Assembly (NCBI GenBank): GCA_963740355.1
Contig: CAVUDW010000003.1
Location: 2,176,001 to 2,240,000 of the forward strand
Length of the DNA: 64,000 bases
DNA from: an uncultured Gemmatimonadaceae bacterium
GTDB lineage: Bacteria > Gemmatimonadota > Gemmatimonadetes > Gemmatimonadales > Gemmatimonadaceae
Direction: 5' to 3'
Position 1 is the stretch's first letter; every line of letters begins with the position of its first letter. This document shows positions 50,500 to 60,851 of this stretch, one piece after another. A model generated the notes under the pieces. That model did not search any database. It was not told the DNA's origin and saw nothing but the letters and a program-made list of their open reading frames with translations. Made by a program: the position numbers and the translations under genes.

Positions 50500-51300
50500 C
50501 TACACGAAGAGCCGCGCCAGCCACATGACGGCGACGACGAGGCCCAGCGTCGTCGCGGTAAACGCCATTCGCTTCCGAAGGACCTCACGGCGCGTTCGCG
50601 ACACCGGTGCCGCCGACCAGTCCGGCGGTGCGGAGAACCACGCGCCGAGGAAGCCACCGCGACCCTCGAACGTGCCAAGCTCACGCACCGTGCTGCCAGC
50701 GCGGGACGCGATCTCCTCGGCGATCGCGCGCATCGACGCAGTCTGCAGATTCGACTCCAGTCCACGCTCCTCGAACAGGAACACCGGCTCGCCCTCGCGA
50801 CGCCTCAATCGGTAGACACGATTCATCATCGCCATGCCCTGTGCGCCATACATCTCGAGGCGCGTCTCGACGGCCCGTACGTCGCTCCACGCGATCGTCT
50901 CGGCAACACGCGGAGGATCGTGAATCAATGAGCGACCCGGTGGCAGGCGCAGCGTGAGCCCGGCGTCGGTGAGCGTGATCGACATCGCCATCTTCCCTCG
51001 CATGTCACGCCACACAAGGCGCGCCAGCGCTCCCATCACCCCGATGAACACCAGCAGGCCGAGTGCGGCGACGACGAGTTCACCGCCACGGAGCGTGCTG
51101 TCGGGTGAGATCAGCAGCGATACCCCGAAGACGACGGCGGCCAGGGTGAGCACACCGCTGAGGAAGAAGGTGATCCCTGAGCCGACGGCGCCCCATCGCG
51201 ACCGGCGCCAATACCTGGCACCGCCGGTGCCTGGCTGATCGCGGAAGGCGGGTTCCATGTGTGGTGTGGGTTCGGTGGGAGTGACGTGAGCGGCCGGCAC
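50500..51300 (-). CDS. Hypothetical membrane protein
   Basis: Two N-terminal TM helices, a soluble domain and a C-terminal TM helix. Start uncertain (51258 or 51300). Confidence 0.7.
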   Translation of the reverse strand: MPAAHVTPTEPTPHMEPAFRDQPGTGGARYWRRSRWGAVGSGITFFLSGVLTLAAVVFGVSLLISPDSTLRGGELVVAALGLLVFIGVMGALARLVWRDMRGKMAMSITLTDAGLTLRLPPGRSLIHDPPRVAETIAWSDVRAVETRLEMYGAQGMAMMNRVYRLRRREGEPVFLFEERGLESNLQTASMRAIAEEIASRAGSTVRELGTFEGRGGFLGAWFSAPPDWSAAPVSRTRREVLRKRMAFTATTLGLVVAVMWLARLFV

Positions 51301-51441
51301 GGCAGGCGAGGCTCACTCACTCACGCGGAATCCGGCGCCAGATCGGCTCACCAGCTCAGCCATTCACGAGTGTGAGCCCCTCCGCTGCCATCCTCCGCGT
51401 GTGTCTCGACCGTGGCGTTCACCCTCCACTTCGAGCCTCCG

Positions 51442-52611
51442 ATGACACACAGCTCACTTCGCCTCCTCGCCATGCTCGGTTTGGCGTGCACCGCCGCGCA
51501 CGCGCAAACTCGCGCGCCAGCCGGAATGCGCAGCCTCCCGACAGGAGGCTCCGGCAGCGTCTTCACCACCACACTCAATGGCAGCCGCAGCGCCACAGCC
51601 ATGGGCCAGGCGCTCGTGAAGGGCGTGCAGCCCTACTTCGGCGGGACGATGCGCGTGCTGAACGCCGTCGGCGACCGAAGTGACTCGCAGGTGCAGGCGT
51701 CGTTCACGGCGCGGCTCAACGGTGAGCCGGTGTTCGGCATCCTCGGGGTTTCGGCCGATGGCAGTTCAGCGCGCGCCGTGCTGATCTTCGATGCCTCGCG
51801 CACGCTGCCTGGATCCATCGAGCGGCTGATTCGGGTGGCGACCAGCGATGGATCCGGCGGTGGCACTGGCGGCCGAGCCGCGGCACCAGAGCCGCTGAAT
51901 CGAACGCGTGTGCCCGACGGCTCAGGGACCATCGACCTCGCCGCCGGCTGGGTGATTCGCCACGCAGGCAAGGGCGCGATGGACATCCAGGGGCCAGCCC
52001 CCGGTAGCGGCATGAGCCTCGGTGCGGTGCTCACCGTGCCGTACACCTCCAGTGACCCCGCACAGGCCCTGGTGACGATGGCGCAGCAGCTGGGCCGCAG
52101 CCAGCGCAAGCGCATCGACGTCCAGATCATCGACCAACGTCCAGTGCAATGGCAGCAGGGTGGTCGTGCCTCACTGCTGAGATATCGCAGCGTCACCGAC
52201 GGACAGGTGATGGAATATTTCGGACTGCTCGCCATTACCCCCTTCGATGGCAGTCAGGTGTTCTTCTACAGCAGCTTCATTCAGGCTCCACCGGCGAGCT
52301 TCGCTCGGGTATTGCCAACGGCGCTGCGCAGTTGGGCCACGTGGAGCATCTATCCCTCAGTGCTGGCGCAACGCATGCAGCAGTCCGCGCAAACCATGCG
52401 CGAAACCGGTGAATTGCTGACCGGTGGCGGAAGCTCGCAGCGGGCGTTCGACGGCGTGAATGCTGGCTGGGGGCAATACATCCGTGGCGTCGCGACACTC
52501 GAGGATCCTGACCGACGTCGCAGTGAGGTTGATCAATCATTTGCGGAGAACGTCGTCCGCACTGATCCGCAGCGCTTCCGCATCGTTCCGACCAGTGAGC
52601 TGATCCCGTAG
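51442..52611 (+). CDS. Hypothetical secreted protein
   Basis: Signal peptide ending AHA-Q; Gly-rich linker; long ORF filling the gap. No family recognised. Confidence 0.72.
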   Translation: MTHSSLRLLAMLGLACTAAHAQTRAPAGMRSLPTGGSGSVFTTTLNGSRSATAMGQALVKGVQPYFGGTMRVLNAVGDRSDSQVQASFTARLNGEPVFGILGVSADGSSARAVLIFDASRTLPGSIERLIRVATSDGSGGGTGGRAAAPEPLNRTRVPDGSGTIDLAAGWVIRHAGKGAMDIQGPAPGSGMSLGAVLTVPYTSSDPAQALVTMAQQLGRSQRKRIDVQIIDQRPVQWQQGGRASLLRYRSVTDGQVMEYFGLLAITPFDGSQVFFYSSFIQAPPASFARVLPTALRSWATWSIYPSVLAQRMQQSAQTMRETGELLTGGGSSQRAFDGVNAGWGQYIRGVATLEDPDRRRSEVDQSFAENVVRTDPQRFRIVPTSELIP

Positions 52612-52706
52612 CGGACTTTACCTGACTGTCAGCGCTGGCCGCGTGGCGCACGTTAGGGCACTGGGTACGGTCGTACCCGCCACACATCTACCACGCTGAG
52701 CCTGCC

Positions 52707-54681
52707 ATGATGTTTCGCTCGTCGCACAAACTTCTACTCGCGGCCGCGCTGTTCCTCGGCAGCGCGCCGCTGTTCGCGCAAGGCGGCGGCCCGCTTCCGG
52801 ACAGCACCAAGGCGAAGCGCTGGGCCACCGAGAACGAGCTGCAGTCGCTGGCCGTCGTCAATCGCAAGGTGATGATCCGGATGCGAGATGGCATCCGCAT
52901 TCCGGCCGACATCTACGTCCCGAAGGATTCGACGCAGAAGTATCCGGCGATCTGGGTACGCACACCGTACAACTTCAACTACTGGGACGTCCAGAACGGC
53001 GTGCCACGCGACATGTCGGCTGCCCTGTACGCGATCAAGCGTGGCTACGCCTACGTCGACATGCAGGAGCGCGGTCACTTCTTCGCCGAGGGCAACTACG
53101 ACATCCTCGGTGCTCCGCTGAGTGATGGTGACGATGAACTGAACTACCTTAAGGGGCAGCGGTGGTCCAATGGCAAGATCGGCACGACGGGCTGCTCCTC
53201 GACGGCGGAATGGCAGCCGGCGGTGGCATCGCTCGGCAACTCCGGCTTCGCGGCGATGAACGTGCAGGGATTTGGCGCCGGCGTGGGCAAGGTTGGCCCG
53301 TACTACGAGATGGGCAACTGGTATCGCGGTGGCGCGGTGCAGATGCTCTTCATCGACTGGCTGGTCGGTGAGCAGAACCAGGTGCGACCGATGTTTCCGG
53401 CCAACACCTCGCAGGAAGAGTTGATTCGCGTGTCGAAGTCCTTTGACCTCGCGCAGCGCTCACCGCCGGTGGATTGGTCGAAGGCGTTCTGGACGCTGCC
53501 CGAGATGGACATCATCAAGGCCATCGACGGTCCGCGCGGCATCTTTGCCGATTCGATGCCGGTGCCGACCGGTGGTGCGATGATCAAGCGCACGCCGAAC
53601 GATCCGGCCTGGTACAAGGGCGGGCTGTGGCACGAGAACATGCCGATCAACATTCCCGGCCTCTGGTTCATGTCGTGGTACGATGTGTCGGTCGGCCCGA
53701 ACGTGGCGATGTACAACCACGTGATGAAGACGGCGAAGGGCGCCGGTGCCGGCAACCAGTGGATGATCATCGCCCCGGTGGCGCACTGCTCGTACACCCG
53801 CGCCACGGAGCACACCGTGGTTGGTGAGCGCGACATGGGCGATGCGCGCCTTGGCTACCAGAACATCATCTACACCTTCTTCGACCAGTTCCTGAAGGAC
53901 AATGGATCGCATGGCATGGACACGATCCCGAAGGTGCACTACTACGTGATGGGCAAGAACGAGTGGCGCACGTCGGACGTCTGGCCGGTGAAGGACGCCT
54001 CGCCGCTGACCTTCCACCTCGGCAGCAACGGCAACGCCAACACCGCTCAACGGCGATGGTCGACTGGCACTGACGCCCAGCCGCAGCGACAAGCCAGACA
54101 AGTTCGCCTACGATCCGCTCAATCCCGTCGGTTCGCACGGCGGCAACGTCTGCTGCCAGGGCAACGCGGTCGGCGCCGGCTCGATGGATCAGCGCAAGGT
54201 GGAGGAGCGTCCGGATGTGCTGGTCTACACCAGCGACGCGTTCGGCGCCGAGGGAATGGAACTGAGCGGCCCGATCATCCCGACGCTGTACGTCTCGTCG
54301 GATGCCAAGGACACCGACTTCACGGTGAAGGTCATCGACGTGGCACCTGACGGCACCGCCTACAACCTCGACGAGTCGATCCAGCGCATGCGGTATCGCG
54401 ATGGCTACGACAAGCCGCCGGTGATGATGGAGAACGGCAAGGTGTACAAGGTGACCTTGCAGCCGCTCAACACCAGCAACTGGTTTGCGCCGGGTCACAA
54501 GCTGCGCATCGAGGTGTCGAGCAGCAATTTCCCACGGTTCGATCGCAACCTGAACACCGGTGGCAACAACTACGATGAGTCGAAGCCGGTGGTCGCGCAC
54601 AATGTGGTGCACCATTCGGCCAATTATCCGTCGACGATCACGGTGACCGTGGTGAAGAAGCCGACGACGCTGGTGCCGTAA
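52707..54681 (+). pseudogene. CocE/NonD family hydrolase, interrupted by a +1 frameshift near 54043
   Basis: MRDG, RTPY and GCSS nucleophile motifs in the 52707 frame. The PepX_C part ([35 protein letters not shown]) is in the frame ending at 54681. Confidence 0.83.
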
Positions 54682-54847
54682 GCCGATCGGCAGGGCGAGA
54701 GGAAATCCCGCTTGGAAAGCTCAGGGCAACAGTGACCATCGCTGTTGCCCTTTTCCGTTTGCCGCCGTGACACCTTCGATTGCCGTGGCCGTGTCTTCCG
54801 CGCATGTTCGGGGCACACGGTCTCCTTCCCCGTCCCGGAACTCCTTC

Positions 54848-57800
54848 ATGTCACATCGCTCCATCGTCCGCCATGTCTCGCAGCAGTTGCATCGCGTGGT
54901 GCGCGTCGCACTGCCGTGTGTTGCGATTGCGTTGTCAGGAGCCGGAGTCGGCGCACAGACGGTCGATCCACGCCTCTACGCGGATCTGACCTGGCGCAAC
55001 ATCGGCCCGTTTCGCGCGGGACGCGTTGGTGCGGTCTCGGCGGCGATCGGCCAGCCAGGTGTCTACTACGCCGGCTTTCCTGGCGGAGGGCTGTGGAAGA
55101 GCACCAGTGCGGGACAGGTCTGGTTTCCAGTGTTCGACTCGGTCCGCGCCACGTCGTCGATCGGTGCGGTGGAGGTGGCGCCATCCGATCCGAACATCGT
55201 GTACGTCGGCACGGGCGACATGGTCACCGGCGGTACCCTCGATCAGGGCAACGGTGTGTACAAGAGCACCGATGCCGGAAAGACATGGCAATCACTCGGC
55301 CTCGAAGGGACGCGTCACATCCAGACCATGCTCGTCGATCCGAAGAATCCGGATATCGTGCTGGTCGGGGCACTTGGCGATCACATCAACGCCAATGATG
55401 CGCGTGGCGTCTATCGCAGCACCGATGGCGGTCGGTCGTGGAAGAAGACCCTCTTCATCGACAACGAGACCGGCATCGCCAAGCTGTCGCGAGCCTTCGA
55501 TGTACCGGACGTCATCTTTGCCACCACATCGCGCCACTATGCACCGCCCGGATACGCGGTCGGGTCGTATCGTTCATGGCAGTTCAGCACGGCGCCACGC
55601 ACCGGGCCCGATTCGGCTGCGGTGCGCGCCGGACTCTGGAAGTCGCTCGACGGTGGCCAGAGCTGGACGGAGATCCGTGGGCACGGCCTGCCGAAGCTCG
55701 ATGGCCGCATGTCGGTTGGCGTTGCGATCGGCACCAACGCGCAGCGCGTCTACCTCATCACCAACACGGCGCTCTGGCGTTCCGACGATGGCGGCAGCAA
55801 CTGGCGACAGATGGCCGCCGACGACGATCGCATCCACAACGGGCAGGGTGGCTACAGCTGCGGCGTGTACGTCGATCCGAAGAATCCGGACCTGATCTAC
55901 ACACTGAATACCGCCGCCTATCGCTCCACCGACGGTGGCAAGACCTTCACCGGAATGAAGGGTGCACCTGGTGGCGACGATCCGCAGCAGATGTGGATCG
56001 ATCCAACCGATGGCCAGCGACTGTTCATGGGCCTCGACCAGGGCGCAACGGTATCACTCGACGGCGGTGCGACCTGGAGCTCGTGGTACAACCAGTCCAC
56101 CGAGCAGCTCTATCACCTGTCAGCCGACAATTCGTATCCGTACTGGGTGTACGCCACGCAGCAGGACGCGGGCGCCATTCGCACACGCGCGCGCGGCAAC
56201 TTCGGCGCCGTCACCATCTTCGACTGGAACTCGGTGAACGGCTGGGAGTGGGGCACCATCGTGCCCGATCCACTCGACGTGAACACCGTCTTCGCCACTG
56301 GTACGGGCGTCGTGAAGATGTCCTACCCGAGTGAGCAGTCGATCAATGTCAGCCCTGCGATCGATCCTGCGGCCAGGGCGCGTACGACATCGTCAGCGCC
56401 GTTGGTCTGGGCACCATGGAACCAGCGCCTTCTGCTCGCAGGCCTCAACTATGTCGTTGGCACGACGGATCGGGGCGCACACTGGACGCGTCTCAGCCCA
56501 GAGCTGAGCATTCCCGCCGGCATGGACTCCGCCACCGCAGCCCGGACCCTCGGTGGTCGCGGCGCCATCGAGTCGATGTCAGCGTCGCGAAAGTCGGTCG
56601 GGGAGATCTGGGTGGGCACCAACAATGGGCTGATCCATCTCACGCGTGACGGCGGGACGAGCTGGAAGGACGTCAGCATCGCTGGGCTCGCGAATCCGCG
56701 CCGCGCGAATGTGACGTCGATCGAAGCGTCCCCGTTCGTTGTGGGCACGGCGTACGCGGCCATTGAATACCTGCGCATCGGCGAGCACACACCGCACCTC
56801 TATCGCACACGCGACTTCGGAAAGACCTGGACCGAGATCGTGACCGGGCTCCCGACGGACGAGGCGGGCGGCAGCTTGGCCCGCGTGTTGCGACCGGATC
56901 CCGTCAAGGCAGGCCTGCTGTTCGCAGGCACGGAAAGTGGTGTCTACGTGTCGTTCAACGACGGCGACAGCTGGCAGTCACTGTCCCGCACATTGCCGAC
57001 CACTCCGGTGCGCGACCTGTTGGTGAAGGACAACGACCTGATCATCGCGACGCATGGGCGCGGACTCTGGGTACTGGACGACATCTCTGCACTGCGTCAG
57101 GCAACGCCCGCTTTGGCCAGCGCACCGGCCCACCTCTTCGCGCCCGGCCGCGCCACGCGCGTGCGCCGCAACGTGAACGGCGATACGCCACTGCCGCCAG
57201 ACATTCCACACGCGCTGAATCCAATGGATGGCGTGATCATCGACTACTGGCTCGGCAGCTCGGCGAGTGCACCAGTCACCCTCGATGTACTCGACGCGAG
57301 CGGTGCGCGCGTGGCACAACTGACCAGTGTCCTCAGCCCCGCAGTGCCGGAGGCAGCTCGACCCTCGCACCCGAATTTCTGGATCGAGGCGCCGAGCGCG
57401 CTTCCAACCACGGCTGGCCATCATCGCGTGCGCTGGAACCTCCGTCACGACGCGCCGGCAGTGTTCTCGCACAGTTTCGAGATCAACGCCAATCCCGGCC
57501 TCACGCCACCGTCGCCCGAAGGGCCGCTCGCCGCGCCTGGCACCTACACATTGCGGCTGACCGTCAATGGCGCGGTGTACACGCAGCGCGTCGATGTGCG
57601 CAACGACCCACGATCACCGGCCACGCCGCTCGCGGTCGCTGAACAACATGCGCTCCAGGTGCAGATCACCAACGCCATGCGCGTGGCGTACGCATCGCAG
57701 CAGCAGGTATCGGCCATACGTGCCGCGCTCGCGAAGGCGGCGCAGGGCGCGCCAACCGATGTCACTGGAGCCATCGCCGGGTTCCGAGCAGCGATCGACT

Positions 57801-58078
57801 CGGCCGTCGGCGCCGACCCAGACTTGAAGGATCGCGGCGCCTTCCGCGAAGCGAACGAATCACTCGTTGGTCAACTGAATACGCAGGAAAATGGCGACAA
57901 CGCACCAAATGCCGGCATGCGCGCTGCACTGCGTGTCACCTGCACCGACATCGCGAAGCGTCAGGTGGCGTGGGATCGCGTCATGACGCGTCACTATCCG
58001 GTGCTGAGCGCCTTGCTCAGCCAGCACGGCCTGGCACCGGTGCCGTTACCGCCGACAGTGTCGCGAATCACCTGCTGA
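54848..58078 (+). CDS. VPS10/BNR-repeat (sortilin-like) glycosyl hydrolase-type protein
   Basis: WRNIGPFRAGR, many S.DGG..W BNR repeats, ATHGRG.W.LDD and GP...PG.Y motifs; signal peptide. Confidence 0.88.
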   Translation: MSHRSIVRHVSQQLHRVVRVALPCVAIALSGAGVGAQTVDPRLYADLTWRNIGPFRAGRVGAVSAAIGQPGVYYAGFPGGGLWKSTSAGQVWFPVFDSVRATSSIGAVEVAPSDPNIVYVGTGDMVTGGTLDQGNGVYKSTDAGKTWQSLGLEGTRHIQTMLVDPKNPDIVLVGALGDHINANDARGVYRSTDGGRSWKKTLFIDNETGIAKLSRAFDVPDVIFATTSRHYAPPGYAVGSYRSWQFSTAPRTGPDSAAVRAGLWKSLDGGQSWTEIRGHGLPKLDGRMSVGVAIGTNAQRVYLITNTALWRSDDGGSNWRQMAADDDRIHNGQGGYSCGVYVDPKNPDLIYTLNTAAYRSTDGGKTFTGMKGAPGGDDPQQMWIDPTDGQRLFMGLDQGATVSLDGGATWSSWYNQSTEQLYHLSADNSYPYWVYATQQDAGAIRTRARGNFGAVTIFDWNSVNGWEWGTIVPDPLDVNTVFATGTGVVKMSYPSEQSINVSPAIDPAARARTTSSAPLVWAPWNQRLLLAGLNYVVGTTDRGAHWTRLSPELSIPAGMDSATAARTLGGRGAIESMSASRKSVGEIWVGTNNGLIHLTRDGGTSWKDVSIAGLANPRRANVTSIEASPFVVGTAYAAIEYLRIGEHTPHLYRTRDFGKTWTEIVTGLPTDEAGGSLARVLRPDPVKAGLLFAGTESGVYVSFNDGDSWQSLSRTLPTTPVRDLLVKDNDLIIATHGRGLWVLDDISALRQATPALASAPAHLFAPGRATRVRRNVNGDTPLPPDIPHALNPMDGVIIDYWLGSSASAPVTLDVLDASGARVAQLTSVLSPAVPEAARPSHPNFWIEAPSALPTTAGHHRVRWNLRHDAPAVFSHSFEINANPGLTPPSPEGPLAAPGTYTLRLTVNGAVYTQRVDVRNDPRSPATPLAVAEQHALQVQITNAMRVAYASQQQVSAIRAALAKAAQGAPTDVTGAIAGFRAAIDSAVGADPDLKDRGAFREANESLVGQLNTQENGDNAPNAGMRAALRVTCTDIAKRQVAWDRVMTRHYPVLSALLSQHGLAPVPLPPTVSRITC

Positions 58079-58141
58079 GCGACGCGTCAGCATCACGCGT
58101 CGTAGCATTGAACGCACCGCACTGCCGGCGCCGCCCAGCGA

Positions 58142-60277
58142 TCAGCGCGCCCCGCGGAACTCGATCCGCGACAGGCCGGCATCGGCATTCTTCGCGAACC
58201 ATGCCTTCCCGTACTCGAGCACGTAGAGCTGTCCCTTCGGCCCAAGCTCCATGTCGATCGGTGCCGAGAAGGAGTCGCGGGGTGCGAAGCGCTCCATGGC
58301 GTCGTAGTCGCCATTCGGGCGCAGCGTGACGGCGAAGATCCAGTGACGAATCCAGTCATAGATGAACAACTTCCCGTCATAGTACTGTGGCATGGCGGTC
58401 GCGCGCGTCTTGGCGAACAGGTCGAAGTGATACACAGGCCCTGCCATCGCCGTGCGCCCTCCCTTGTTCACCTGCGGGAAGTCGTGGCTGTCACCGTACG
58501 GATACCAGATGAATGCCGGCTGGGCCGGTGGCAGGTCGCGCAGGCCCGTCGTATTGCGCGACTCGTTCTTCGGTGCTGCGGCATCGTACAGCGGACCACT
58601 CGCCCCCGTGGCGTAATCCCACTGGTGATACGCGTAGTTGTCACCGACGAACAGCGGCCACCCGAAATTTCCCGCAGTGCGCGCCTGGTTGATCTCGTCG
58701 TACCCCTTCGGGCCGCGGGTCGCGAGGGTGTCGTCGGCCGCGTCGGGACCGACTTCGCCCCAATACAGGAACCCCGTCTTCTGGTCCACCGAAATGCGGT
58801 ATGGGTTACGGTTGCCCATCACGAAGATTTCCGGCCGAGTCTTCGGTGTGCCGGGCGCAAACAGGTTGCCAGCCGGGATGTCGTACGTGCCATCGGTGAG
58901 CACGTGAATGCGCAGGATCTTGCCGCGCAGGTCATTCGTATTGGCCGACGTGCGCCGCGCATCGTACGGCTCGTGCCCTGGCCGATCGTCGGTCGGCGAG
59001 AACCCGTGGCTCGCAAACTTCACGTCTTTCTCGTCGAAGGGCGTAGAGTTGTCGCCAGCCGAGATGAAGAGCAGGCGCCCAGGACCAAAGGCCAGTGATC
59101 CACCGGTGTGGCAGCAGATCTCACGCTGCGAGTAGAACTGCAGCACGATCTTCTCGCTGCTCATCTTCAGTGAATCGCCGTCCATCACGAACCGCGACAG
59201 CCGGTTCACCGAAGTGTCGGCTGGGCTGTAGAACAGGTACACGTACTTGTTGGTGGCGAACTCGGGATCGATCGTCAGGCCGAGCAATCCCTCCTCGACA
59301 TTCGATCCATTCTTGCTCTTCGAGTACACAGCCACCTTGCCAGCCGGCTTCACCGAACGATCGGCGTCCTTGTAGAGCACGACTTCACCGCCGCGCTGGG
59401 CAATCAGCACATCACCGGTCGGCAGTACAGCCATCTCGGTCGGCTCGGCCAAGGTGCCCATGGTCAGCGCAACCTTGCGGAACAGCGAATCGGCCGGCGG
59501 CCGCTCGGATTTCGCCTTCGCGTAATTCAGTGCCTGCCGTTCACCGATCGCGTACTTGATGCCACCCAGCACATGCTTGAGGAACAGGGAGTCGCTGTAC
59601 GACTCCACCGTGTGGCCAAGCTCCGTGTACCAGGCGCGGCCGCCATCAAAGTCGTGGTACCACGCCATCGGATGCGCCGCGCCGTTGGTGCCACCCTTGT
59701 AACTCGTTTCGTCGATCGTCAGCAGCACATGCAGGTCGGGCATCAGCGACTTGAAATTGTACCACTCGTCCTTGCGCTTCCATTCCGCGGGCAGGTGCGA
59801 CGTCGAGCCGTGCTTGGCATCCATCACACGGAGTGTCGCTTCCTGCTGTTCCGGATGACTGGTGAAGTATCCGCCTACCAGTCGGCCGTACCAGCGCCAA
59901 TCGTACTCGGCATCCGACGCCGCGTGGATCCCGACGTAGCCACCACCGGCCTGGATGAAACGCTCCAGGTCGACCTCGGACGCGCGATCGAGGATGTTGC
60001 CGGTGGGGCTGAGAAAGATCACCGCGGCATACTGCTTCAGTGAGTCTTCGGTGATGCGCGCCGCATCCTCTGTCGTATCGACAGTGAAACCGTTCGCGGC
60101 GCCCATCGCCATCAGAACCTTCTTGCCCACCTCGATCGATTCGTGTCGGTAGCCCGCCGTCTTCGAGAAGACGAGGACACGCGCCGGGCCAGTTGGGGCA
60201 GCAGGCGCAGCGGGCTTGCAGCCGTGCATGGCGACCAGCGCCAGCGCAGCGAGAACGGTGCGGCGAATCACACGCAT
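58142..60277 (-). CDS. ThuA-like domain fused to a glucose/sorbosone dehydrogenase-like beta-propeller, lipoprotein
   Basis: ThuA: VLVFSKT.GYRHESI, G.HAASD, DEWYNF, WYT.LGH. GSDH: CCH.GG, GDN, NTNDLRGKILRI, MG.RNPYR. Confidence 0.88.
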   Translation of the reverse strand: MRVIRRTVLAALALVAMHGCKPAAPAAPTGPARVLVFSKTAGYRHESIEVGKKVLMAMGAANGFTVDTTEDAARITEDSLKQYAAVIFLSPTGNILDRASEVDLERFIQAGGGYVGIHAASDAEYDWRWYGRLVGGYFTSHPEQQEATLRVMDAKHGSTSHLPAEWKRKDEWYNFKSLMPDLHVLLTIDETSYKGGTNGAAHPMAWYHDFDGGRAWYTELGHTVESYSDSLFLKHVLGGIKYAIGERQALNYAKAKSERPPADSLFRKVALTMGTLAEPTEMAVLPTGDVLIAQRGGEVVLYKDADRSVKPAGKVAVYSKSKNGSNVEEGLLGLTIDPEFATNKYVYLFYSPADTSVNRLSRFVMDGDSLKMSSEKIVLQFYSQREICCHTGGSLAFGPGRLLFISAGDNSTPFDEKDVKFASHGFSPTDDRPGHEPYDARRTSANTNDLRGKILRIHVLTDGTYDIPAGNLFAPGTPKTRPEIFVMGNRNPYRISVDQKTGFLYWGEVGPDAADDTLATRGPKGYDEINQARTAGNFGWPLFVGDNYAYHQWDYATGASGPLYDAAAPKNESRNTTGLRDLPPAQPAFIWYPYGDSHDFPQVNKGGRTAMAGPVYHFDLFAKTRATAMPQYYDGKLFIYDWIRHWIFAVTLRPNGDYDAMERFAPRDSFSAPIDMELGPKGQLYVLEYGKAWFAKNADAGLSRIEFRGAR

Positions 60278-60478
60278 ACGGGAGCCGGGGCAGGAGGGGG
60301 CGACACGCGGTGGCGTTCGATGCAGATGGGCACGGCGTGCGCGGTAGAATAGCGGCCTGTCACGGCGCGTGAACGGGGGGCATCGGCGTGCGCCCCTGTC
60401 GCCGCGGCGCCCCCGGTTACATCGTAGCCGTCACGCCCCAATCTCGTCGCAAGCCACTCACCCCGAGGCCGCTCGTCC

Positions 60479-60793
60479 ATGATCAAGGTCACCGTGATGT
60501 ACGCCAATACGCCGGGCGCCCGGTTCGATCACGACTATTACCGTGACACCCACATGCCGCTGCTCAAGGCGCGAATGGGGGATCACTGCCTGTCGTACAC
60601 GGTGGACAAGGGGATCGGCGGTTTCCCGCCTGGCGCGCCGGCACCATTCGTCGGGCTGTGCCACATCTACGCCGACTCGGTGGACAGCTTCATGGCGGGC
60701 TTCGGCCCACACATGGCTGAGATCCTCGGCGACATCCCGAACTACACCGATCAACAGCCGCAGGTGCAGATCAGCGAAGTGGTCGTCGGATAG
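60479..60793 (+). CDS. EthD family reductase
   Basis: MIKV.VMY....G.RFD.DYY...HMP and DIPNYTD..P..QISEV motifs. Confidence 0.9.
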   Translation: MIKVTVMYANTPGARFDHDYYRDTHMPLLKARMGDHCLSYTVDKGIGGFPPGAPAPFVGLCHIYADSVDSFMAGFGPHMAEILGDIPNYTDQQPQVQISEVVVG

Positions 60794-60820
60794 CCACTCG
60801 ACGCGTCAATTGACCGTCGC

Positions 60821-60851
60821 GAAACCCGCCGCCCATCAGGCGGCGGGTTTC
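60821..60851. terminator. Hairpin terminator overlapping the stop codon of the convergent gene
   Basis: GAAACCCGCCGCC-catca-GGCGGCGGGTTTC, 13-bp perfect stem. Confidence 0.75.

Noticed and set aside
54030..54060. Programmed ribosomal frameshift
   Set aside because: There is no slippery heptamer or evident stimulatory structure, and a one-base insertion explains it more simply.
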